Origin: a virus
Taxonomy: Duplodnaviria > Caudoviricetes
Strand: one strand, 5' to 3'
Virus record (IMG/VR): IMGVR_UViG_3300042256_000025
DNA: 64,000 nucleotides
The notes below the pieces were generated by a model. The model searched no databases and was not told the origin of the DNA. It saw only the letters and a program-made list of their open reading frames with translations. The position numbers and the translations under genes were made by a program. This document shows, piece after piece, positions 48,879 through 56,455 of this stretch (positions are counted from its first letter, which is position 1; every line of letters starts with the position of its first letter).

Positions 48879-50141
48879 TTAAGTCAATGAATTCAGATAG
48901 TCATACTTACGAGTCTCTAGTCTATTGCCGTGCATCATAGCTAGGAAGGATTGGAGTATAGCGCTACCTACGGCAGAGGCTTGTGGACCTAGTCCGATTT
49001 TGGAGTCGGTTACAAGCTTACCCATACAGACACCACAGAAGTTACCATGGTCAGTATGGCAGGTCATAGGGCTACGGATAGTAATGGTTTTACCCACCAG
49101 GTTGTCGAGTTCGCCCGCCTCTATCGGGATAAGATCTTTACCTTTAAATCGGTAACGTCCTACAAACTTATCTTTGTTGTATTCCGTAACCGGGAAGGTG
49201 ATGCCCACAGTAGACCCACAGTCGTCTTCAACCAATTTCGTGTTCTGGAAGATACGGGCTGAGAACTTAGCCGCTTCACCCCCCAGTGCGGTAGAGGCAC
49301 CACGGTTATAGGAACCCATACGTAGTGAGTTGACCATCATGGGGAGATGTTTCATATCCCACCCTTCACGCAGTGATGGAATGGCCAGCTCATACTTAGA
49401 GGGATCCTCCAGTGTAGGCTCACCCCCGAACATAATGTGGGTGCGCTTTAGGGATACCTCCATATCCTTAGGCTTAAGCATGAACTCATTAATGTCATCG
49501 CCTTCCAGATATGTGCGGTAGTAGTCTACGAGTTCGGCTTCTACCTTGGCAATGATAGCAGGGTCATGAAGTTGACCCTTATACTTCTCGAGTACCGCTT
49601 GTCGCCGTTCGGCCATATCGCTGGGTGGGATAATGGCCTTACGGGTAGCAGAGGGTACCACGGCATTCGCTAGGGCCGTCATCATCGAGATGGCTCGAGT
49701 AAAGGCACGATACTGTTCTACGGTAACGGTCTTCTCGGTTAGGGCCTTAGCGACCAGCTTATCGATATATTTACCGTTTAAGCGTTGGTTCTGATACGGA
49801 ATCGCATCGGTAAACGCGTATTCGAAAACGATAAGGTTTGTAAGCAGAGTAGAGTAGTAGGTCTCTACAGATTCCTTAACAATCGGGAAGATACCTGGAG
49901 GCACCGTAATAGGTTCCCTGTAGTTAAACAGGGGCGAGCCTTGGATATAGCCATCAATGATGGTGGCGTCCCCGTCCTCGTTTACTGTATAAGCTGCACC
50001 GTCTGCGATGTAGAAGTCGCCGATTTCTCGGTGTTTATTTAAAGGGGTTTCACCTACAATGGCAAAGGCCCTGAGGAGCCAATGGCGCTTGTAAATAAAG
50101 CGGTGGCGGTATGCCAGTACAAAATACTCAAACAGGGTCAT
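48879..50141 (-). CDS. Virion RNA polymerase beta' subunit fragment (phiKZ gp80-like)
   Basis: R.GSYNRG..TALGG, EDDCG, RSPMTC......C..CMG and MHG motifs. Confidence 0.85.
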   Translation of the reverse strand: MTLFEYFVLAYRHRFIYKRHWLLRAFAIVGETPLNKHREIGDFYIADGAAYTVNEDGDATIIDGYIQGSPLFNYREPITVPPGIFPIVKESVETYYSTLLTNLIVFEYAFTDAIPYQNQRLNGKYIDKLVAKALTEKTVTVEQYRAFTRAISMMTALANAVVPSATRKAIIPPSDMAERRQAVLEKYKGQLHDPAIIAKVEAELVDYYRTYLEGDDINEFMLKPKDMEVSLKRTHIMFGGEPTLEDPSKYELAIPSLREGWDMKHLPMMVNSLRMGSYNRGASTALGGEAAKFSARIFQNTKLVEDDCGSTVGITFPVTEYNKDKFVGRYRFKGKDLIPIEAGELDNLVGKTITIRSPMTCHTDHGNFCGVCMGKLVTDSKIGLGPQASAVGSAILQSFLAMMHGNRLETRKYDYLNSLT

Positions 50142-50931
50142 GGCGAGTACCTAACTGAAGGGTAAGTTCACGGTAGAATACGGGGTGGAGTTCGGGTTCC
50201 ACATATTGCTCGATAGCCTGACTGAGGATGTCTTCTAAGGCCTCAGTGGGGTGTTCAGAGGCGAGGGCCAGTAAGTACCACTGCCGTATAGCCTCTTTAG
50301 GGGTAAGATCATTCAGAGTGACGTAGAGGGCACGGGCTGAGGCCTTAAAATGAATAGGTAGTCGGCCACGGGTGCGGATAAAGTCTAAGGCTGGTCCGGT
50401 TTCTTCGGATGTGATCGCGTGTTTTAACCGTGCCTCTGCTTCCTCCCCTTCATTGACGTACGGCTCAATACGCTCTATGCCCGTATAGGCATCTAACAGA
50501 CGACCATCTGTGAATCCGATTAAGGATCTGAGCTGATGGATACTAAGGTCATTTATATGTACCAGCGCCGAAATGAGTCGCTCATTTGCATCCACTGCTT
50601 CAGGGTCGAGTGCTAGGCTAACATCCACCAAGAGGGGGTCTGTAAGGACAGTGCAGGCTTCGGCTAATTGAATGAGGTGATCCAAGCGGTGAGACTCCTC
50701 TGCATTGAGCCATACCCCTAATCCACTGAGGTAACGCTCTAGGTGCTCGCTGTAGCGGTAATTAATGCTGGCGATAATGTCGTTACTTTCCTCTAACCCT
50801 ACATCGGCTTCTTCTAGGTCGAGTTCATGGTCGGTATAGCCTACCCCCTGCAGTAACTGCTCTGTCTGTATAAATACACTGAGATGCTCTAAGGGTATAA
50901 AACTGGAAATGCGATCAAATAACGTATCCAT
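50128..50931 (-). CDS. Conserved hypothetical protein (phiKZ gp79-like position)
   Basis: AGGAG SD; overlaps the vRNAP gene start. Confidence 0.65.
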   Translation of the reverse strand: MDTLFDRISSFIPLEHLSVFIQTEQLLQGVGYTDHELDLEEADVGLEESNDIIASINYRYSEHLERYLSGLGVWLNAEESHRLDHLIQLAEACTVLTDPLLVDVSLALDPEAVDANERLISALVHINDLSIHQLRSLIGFTDGRLLDAYTGIERIEPYVNEGEEAEARLKHAITSEETGPALDFIRTRGRLPIHFKASARALYVTLNDLTPKEAIRQWYLLALASEHPTEALEDILSQAIEQYVEPELHPVFYRELTLQLGTRHDPV

Positions 50932-51200
50932 TATACGTCTCTCCTATAGACTGGGAACATACCATTTCACCCCACAGTTAGAGGGGTGCAGTGTGTTGGT
51001 TATATATACTACTTTTTCCGTAATTCCGACCTTGCCAAAAACCCCCGTCCCATCGAGGTTTGCCCACAGGCACACCCCCGGAAACATTGACCCTCGATTT
51101 CAGAAATAAAATCATTTTAACCACCCTAAAGGAATTATACGTGAAAAATTATAACCCTAGTATATGCTCTAGCAAGAATAGCAGTTTACGGAGAAATACA

Positions 51201-51596
51201 ATGGAACAGCACACCCCCCAAGACGCAATGCCGCTGGCAGAGTGGAGCAGTATCTTAGAGCTAGCGAAATGCTGTGATGACATTGTTCGTCACATCGCTG
51301 CAGGTATGGTAGCCGTGGTGCAGCAGGATAAAACGCAGTATGATGATGAGCTAGCACAAGCACTCACTGAGGTCAGGGAGACGCTTACCGAGACACTGGC
51401 ACAGGTGCCCAAGGGCATGACCTATGTATCTGATGACGATCATCCGCTGTACCTGAAATCGTTTGTCGAGATTTCAGACGTCAAAGATCGTCTCTTTGAT
51501 GAAATTGTACCGATGGCGAATGCCTTTACCGCACGGGCTGTACCCGATGCAGGACTGAACATTGATGTACAAGGAATTATCAACGATGAGCACTGA
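51201..51596 (+). CDS. Hypothetical protein (start MEQHTP at 51201)
   Basis: GGAG SD. Confidence 0.65.
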   Translation: MEQHTPQDAMPLAEWSSILELAKCCDDIVRHIAAGMVAVVQQDKTQYDDELAQALTEVRETLTETLAQVPKGMTYVSDDDHPLYLKSFVEISDVKDRLFDEIVPMANAFTARAVPDAGLNIDVQGIINDEH

Positions 51597-53202
51597 AGAA
51601 CAGAATCCATTCAACGGCACCGAAGAGACTCCTACTCAAGACGCTGTGGTTGGTGAAGAGTCCAGTACAGCAACCCATAAACCTACCGTTATCCTGGAGG
51701 CTAACCCCTTCAAAGACCTTTCAGCAGAACCGGGTATTCGAGTACGCGATTGGGTGTTCCCAGTACCCATGGAAACAACAACCGTTGAGACCCTCGATCG
51801 TCTGATTCGTGACTATGCGCTGGAAGCCGAGGCGAACATGTCTGAATCCGCAGCACGCTCTGCGGTACAGGCTTATGCGGACCACCTTCGCCAGACCTAT
51901 CTTGGACATTGGCGGCATGGACAGTACGCCGACCTCTTCACCCGTGAAGGAGCTGAGTTTGTACAGGCGATTGATTCTGATAAAGGTCCTATCCGTATCG
52001 GTGGTCAGAACGTTGCACTAGGTAGCAGTCAGGCTATGTCCGGGCCCTCTGCCATTATGGCGATTCAGAATGCACTGGGTATTGGTAAGCCAACTAAGGT
52101 ACCCTGCTGGTCGTCAGGTCTGGTACTAACCCTAGGTAACTTTAAGACCTCAGAGATTCTCTCACTGAACCTAGCCTTGACAGAGACCCGCGCTGAGATC
52201 GGGTATGAAACCGGCGGCATGTTGTTTTCAGGTGGGGATGTGAACATCATCTCTGAGGTGGTGGACTTCATCCTCGATCACGTTATTGCCACCAACATAC
52301 GTGGCTGGATGGTCGGGGATAAGGCGGTTCTGAAGAAACTGCTGAAGGTCATGGATATTCCTGCACTGTTGGCGGGTGCTCTGGCATCTATTTACCCCTC
52401 AGGCTACCCAACAGTCCATAAGTGTAAGAACAGTGGCACTAGTAAGTGTGACTACAATCCTACCCTGGAAGTCGATATTGACGGTATTGAGTTTAAAGTC
52501 GACAGTCTGCTGGACTTTAAAAAGGTGGTCTGGACGGATCGCACCCGAGTTAGTCCGAAGGCGCGTCGGTTTATGTCAGCCGGTAACAATGTACATACTG
52601 TCGAGCAGATCGAAGAATATCAAGATGAATTTAACACCTTGGAGCCTTTGAGTGCACCTTTGTCTGACAGTGGGGCCATCGTAAAAATTGCCTTCCACCA
52701 GCCCAACCTGGAAACCTATGAGCGTGTAGGTCGACTGTGGATTAACGGGGTAATGGAAATGGTCAATGCCGCGATGGATCGCATTACGGATGCGGACCGT
52801 GAAACTCGTCGCACCAAGCGCATTAGCTTTATCCGCAACTACCAGCACGCACTGCGTCTGCAAAAGCATGCTGCGTGGATAAAGAACCTCCAGATGCATG
52901 TGCCGGGTGAAGATGAACCACGCATTGTTTCAGATACTGATACCTTGTTCAGCTCATTGGAGACGTTGGCTGAAGACAAGGCGTTAGCGAGGAACATCAT
53001 CGAAGCGGTTGACCGTCACCGGGTGGAAGCACAGGTGACCTTTACAGGTATACCGAACTATGTATGCCCATCCTGTAATGAACCGCAGTTGGATCCGGCT
53101 GAAGCAGAACATGGGCTGATTCCAATGGACATGGTGGCGTATTTTTTTACCATCATGGTGTGGAAATGGGAACACGAGGCCACTATCTCAACCAACCCAT
53201 AA
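51586..53202 (+). CDS. Conserved protein (phiKZ gp77-like)
   Basis: G.G....VP.W.SG, IYP.GY and IP.Y.CP.C motifs. Confidence 0.7.
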   Translation: MSTEEQNPFNGTEETPTQDAVVGEESSTATHKPTVILEANPFKDLSAEPGIRVRDWVFPVPMETTTVETLDRLIRDYALEAEANMSESAARSAVQAYADHLRQTYLGHWRHGQYADLFTREGAEFVQAIDSDKGPIRIGGQNVALGSSQAMSGPSAIMAIQNALGIGKPTKVPCWSSGLVLTLGNFKTSEILSLNLALTETRAEIGYETGGMLFSGGDVNIISEVVDFILDHVIATNIRGWMVGDKAVLKKLLKVMDIPALLAGALASIYPSGYPTVHKCKNSGTSKCDYNPTLEVDIDGIEFKVDSLLDFKKVVWTDRTRVSPKARRFMSAGNNVHTVEQIEEYQDEFNTLEPLSAPLSDSGAIVKIAFHQPNLETYERVGRLWINGVMEMVNAAMDRITDADRETRRTKRISFIRNYQHALRLQKHAAWIKNLQMHVPGEDEPRIVSDTDTLFSSLETLAEDKALARNIIEAVDRHRVEAQVTFTGIPNYVCPSCNEPQLDPAEAEHGLIPMDMVAYFFTIMVWKWEHEATISTNP

Positions 53203-53729
53203 TCAGCTGTCTGTGCGGGAAGAGCAATGGGGACAACATGAAAGGACGTGTCTGTCCCCATTGTCATACCGTGGTGAAAGAAACCACGAATACCGCACTG
53301 TTTAAGCGACCCACACCCCATTCAACTTTGTTTGCAGATTTTGGCTTATCCAAGAAACAAAGCACCGCACTGTCAGAGGCATTACTGGAGCTAAAGACGC
53401 CTAAGAGCAATATTGTACTCCAGCTATTAATGGCGGAACAATATGAAACAATTTTAGGTATCCACGACCACTCCACCGTCGTCTACGACGTCGCTACGCC
53501 TTTGGTGCGACATACCTCAGCCAGTCAAACCATTCCGTACTCGCTATATGCGAATGAAATACGGCGGTTGATTCGATTAAAGGTCCCACAGAAAACTGGC
53601 ATGGGTTTAGATGCCATACTCAGTTTACCAGTGGAGACCTATCGGCTGGTAACCAATGCATGCTCCGCCTCTAATCACCTTGAGGGTGAGTTAGCGGATG
53701 AGTTAATGACAGAAATAAATAACAGTTAA
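53166..53729 (+). CDS. Conserved protein (phiKZ gp76-like position) with an N-terminal C-x-C-x12-C-x2-C zinc ribbon
   Basis: CLCGKSNGDNMKGRVCPHC at 53208-53264; start uncertain (53160, 53166 or 53238). Confidence 0.6.
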   Translation: MGTRGHYLNQPIISCLCGKSNGDNMKGRVCPHCHTVVKETTNTALFKRPTPHSTLFADFGLSKKQSTALSEALLELKTPKSNIVLQLLMAEQYETILGIHDHSTVVYDVATPLVRHTSASQTIPYSLYANEIRRLIRLKVPQKTGMGLDAILSLPVETYRLVTNACSASNHLEGELADELMTEINNS

Positions 53730-53764
53730 TATACTCCCAGAGCCTTTAGGGCTCTGGGAGTATA
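53730..53764. terminator. Stem-loop between convergent genes
   Basis: TATACTCCCAGAGCC/GGCTCTGGGAGTATA. Confidence 0.75.
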
Positions 53765-53766
53765 GT

Positions 53767-54378
53767 TTATGCAAGCTCAAGGTGGTCTAACAGCGCCCGT
53801 GTAAAGTAGGCGCGTTCCAGTGGATCTGGAAGGTGTACTTCGATAGCATGTACATTGAAATCGCTAAAGGGAACTGGATGGGTGCCCACGGTTTGCATCA
53901 GGTCATCCACGTTCTCAAACAACTCTACTAACGTACCGTTATTGTCAACGTAATGGGTACAGTCATCCGCCGTAATCGTTAGGGAGGAGGCCGGTTCCAA
54001 TGGCTTACGTTTACTGGCATCTACCCATATTTCAAAGTCATGAGCTTTATTAGCCTTAGAGGCGTTCAGCTCATCTATGTTTCGAAGACCACAGTAAATA
54101 TCGTGCTCTTCGAAAATCTCTCTGGAGACACGGTCTAGGTGCTCCCCATTGTACTCGACGATCAGGTCAAACCACTCCTTACGGTGGTTACCTCGATCCG
54201 CGTAGCATTCCTCTACAGTGGTATATCCATAGAGGGGGGCAAGTCTGTCAAAGATAAACCGCCGACATACAAATAAGGAGGAGGACTCGTATTGCAGTCC
54301 GTAGACTACGGTGAGGTACAGGGAGACGGTGTCCTTCCCATGCCGCGCATTACCGCACACCATCCATTTCAATGACAT
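53767..54378 (-). CDS. Deoxynucleoside monophosphate kinase (P-loop)
   Basis: GNARHGKDTV Walker A, GLRN..E and DNNGT motifs; TGATG coupling with clpP. Confidence 0.75.
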   Translation of the reverse strand: MSLKWMVCGNARHGKDTVSLYLTVVYGLQYESSSLFVCRRFIFDRLAPLYGYTTVEECYADRGNHRKEWFDLIVEYNGEHLDRVSREIFEEHDIYCGLRNIDELNASKANKAHDFEIWVDASKRKPLEPASSLTITADDCTHYVDNNGTLVELFENVDDLMQTVGTHPVPFSDFNVHAIEVHLPDPLERAYFTRALLDHLELA

Positions 54379-54887
54379 CAATAATCCTCAAGCTGATAAT
54401 TATGCTGCACCACCTCATCAATCAGTCCTAACGATAGTGCCTCTTCCGCAGTTAGGTAATGATCAGTCTCACAGTAGGCTGCAATTTCAGACTCACTGCG
54501 ATTGCATCGATCGGCGATGTGCTTGGATAAGGTATCCTTAATATAGTTCATGTACTCCAGGCGAGGCGCCATTATAGCGCTGGTACCTCTGGGCTGATGT
54601 ATCATGATCTCAGTATTCACGGTGGCGTATCGCTTACCCGGTTGACCTGAACACAGTAACAGTGCACCCGCTGAAGCGGCTAGACCGATTGAAAGAGTAT
54701 AGACTGGGGACTCGATCGCCTCCATTGTATCGACAATGGAACGTGCCACTGCAACATCGCCACCCGGACTATTAATCAACATCACAATAGGGGCGACTAC
54801 AGTGGACTCTAGTTCCCGCAAAGCTTCTAAAATCTTACGGCCCATTTTACGCTCTATTACGCCTTCGACTACAACGACTCTAGCCAT
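54378..54887 (-). CDS. clpP: ClpP-family serine protease with intact catalytic triad
   Basis: INSPGGDV, GLAASAG (Ser), MIHQP (His), TDHYLTAEEA..LGLID (Asp); GGAGG SD before ATG 54887. Confidence 0.9.
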   Translation of the reverse strand: MARVVVVEGVIERKMGRKILEALRELESTVVAPIVMLINSPGGDVAVARSIVDTMEAIESPVYTLSIGLAASAGALLLCSGQPGKRYATVNTEIMIHQPRGTSAIMAPRLEYMNYIKDTLSKHIADRCNRSESEIAAYCETDHYLTAEEALSLGLIDEVVQHNYQLEDY

Positions 54888-55368
54888 GAACGTACCCTCC
54901 GAACATACCCAACTCAATCGCCTGCTGTGCGGTCATGTATTCATGGCGATCACAGCGTGCGCGAATGTCAGTTGCCTCTAGACGAGTCACAGCGGCTATG
55001 ATGGCGGTAATGCGCTCCTCTACACGAATAACCTGTTCGCCGGTGGCTGTAATGTCGGTGGCTGTGCCAGCCGCATATTGGGTCTGGCGTACAAAGTGTA
55101 CAATAGTGGAAGGCATGCAGCGACGCTTTTCGACGGGCAGTGCCGCCAATACCACTGCAAAGTGTACCGGCATATCGTAGAGTACCTCGACCTGCATATC
55201 CAGCTTACCTGCAAACAGATCGATGGTGTCATGAATACCTAGTAGCTCAGAGTCCCCTAGAAACACTGTATCAAATTGCAGTGTCAGAGGAATCTCTTTA
55301 TTCTTCTCTAGGTGGGCCAGTAACTCTAGGTATAGTTGGCCTACCGACTTAACCAGTATAACTTTCAC
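54880..55368 (-). CDS. ClpP-like pseudoprotease (ClpR-like; triad lost)
   Basis: KRRCMPST, GTATDI and CDRHEYMTAQQAIELG retain the ClpP pattern; Ser, His and Asp positions are substituted. Confidence 0.7.
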   Translation of the reverse strand: MKVILVKSVGQLYLELLAHLEKNKEIPLTLQFDTVFLGDSELLGIHDTIDLFAGKLDMQVEVLYDMPVHFAVVLAALPVEKRRCMPSTIVHFVRQTQYAAGTATDITATGEQVIRVEERITAIIAAVTRLEATDIRARCDRHEYMTAQQAIELGMFGGYVHG

Positions 55369-55432
55369 AGGGTGCTCCTTATTTTAAAGGTCGTATCAAT
55401 AGGATTTGCCAACCCTACCAGACAAAAAAAAA

Positions 55433-55456
55433 ATAAGGAGGGGTGAACCTCCTTAT
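55433..55456 (-). terminator. Terminator after the orphan helicase end
   Basis: ATAAGGAGG/CCTCCTTAT stem with an A-run at about 55424-55433. Confidence 0.7.
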
Positions 55457-55618
55457 CTAAACGACAACGTTTGTTGGCATGTCACCAATGGAGGCACACT
55501 TACCGGAAAACTGTTCTCGCTTACGCGCATCATACTCTCGGTGCTGCTGGATATCCAGACAAGTTAACCAATAGTAGACGGGCGCAATATGGGGATATTT
55601 CTTTATAGGTCTTAGACG
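55457..55618 (-). pseudogene. Orphan duplicate of the SF2 helicase's last 53 codons plus stop
   Basis: 52/53 aa identical to 56456-56617; 19 nt differences, 16 codons changed synonymously. Confidence 0.9.
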
Positions 55619-55628
55619 GTAAGGAGGG

Positions 55629-56447
55629 CTATTTAGATCTGCACCTGTATAATGAGGTATCCCTCTTAACTTTTTCATCACTAGGGAGGGGCAGTCTAGG
55701 GTCAAATAACCATTTACCGTTAACAACGCCATTATATTCATTATCAATCGCCTTTCTGGCTAAATACTTGCTACAGCCACTATTTAACACCGCCGCTGCG
55801 ATTGTCTGATAAATAGTTTTGGTGCCAGTCGCAACATCCACTACGCCGATAGATCTATTTTTAGTTAACACGCCATATGTAACGTTTGGCCAGGGTTCTG
55901 ATGGGTTAGCGTCCCTAACAAGATATCTACCGTCCACACACTTTAAGGTGGTCCCAATAGCTGCCTTTATCCTGCCCCTCTTGATAGATAGTGTCCTTTC
56001 CGCATCGACGATTGTGTCAAACGCATGTACGGTACCATCTAGTAGGTCTTTAACTTCTACAGGTCTAAGTGTTCTATGTGTATACCCTAGGTCTGTGATT
56101 GAATGGCGTACATTCGCGCTGTGCGACACCCACTCTAGGTTGCAATATGAGTTGTTTTGTTTATCGCCATCCTTATGGTTGACTTCAGCTGACTCAAATT
56201 TACCATTAGGGTTAAACACGTCCATTATAATGTGATGTACTAGTACCGTACGGTCTTTCTTTCTAACCGCATCGTAGGTTTTAAACCCTAAATACCCCGT
56301 GTTAAACGGTGTACCTCGAGTGATTTTACCTAATTGATATTTAGCTAGTTTTACAAGCCTACCGTCAAGAGAACCCGCTACCTCGGGAAACCTCTCAGAT
56401 AGAAAAAAGCCAGGATATGGACTCTCTCTAGGTACGTAGTTGACCAT
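55629..56447 (-). CDS. Free-standing HNH homing endonuclease
   Basis: LVHHII and VNHKDGDKQNNSYCNLEWVSHSANVRHS, then HTH repeats; AGGAGG SD overlaps the helicase stop. Confidence 0.9.
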   Translation of the reverse strand: MVNYVPRESPYPGFFLSERFPEVAGSLDGRLVKLAKYQLGKITRGTPFNTGYLGFKTYDAVRKKDRTVLVHHIIMDVFNPNGKFESAEVNHKDGDKQNNSYCNLEWVSHSANVRHSITDLGYTHRTLRPVEVKDLLDGTVHAFDTIVDAERTLSIKRGRIKAAIGTTLKCVDGRYLVRDANPSEPWPNVTYGVLTKNRSIGVVDVATGTKTIYQTIAAAVLNSGCSKYLARKAIDNEYNGVVNGKWLFDPRLPLPSDEKVKRDTSLYRCRSK

Positions 56448-56455
56448 AGAACCTC

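Noticed and set aside
55457-55747. 96-aa ORF ending in the duplicated helicase tail, as a real gene
   Set aside because: Its first part overlaps the HNH gene in another frame and has no convincing SD; treated as an orphan fragment.
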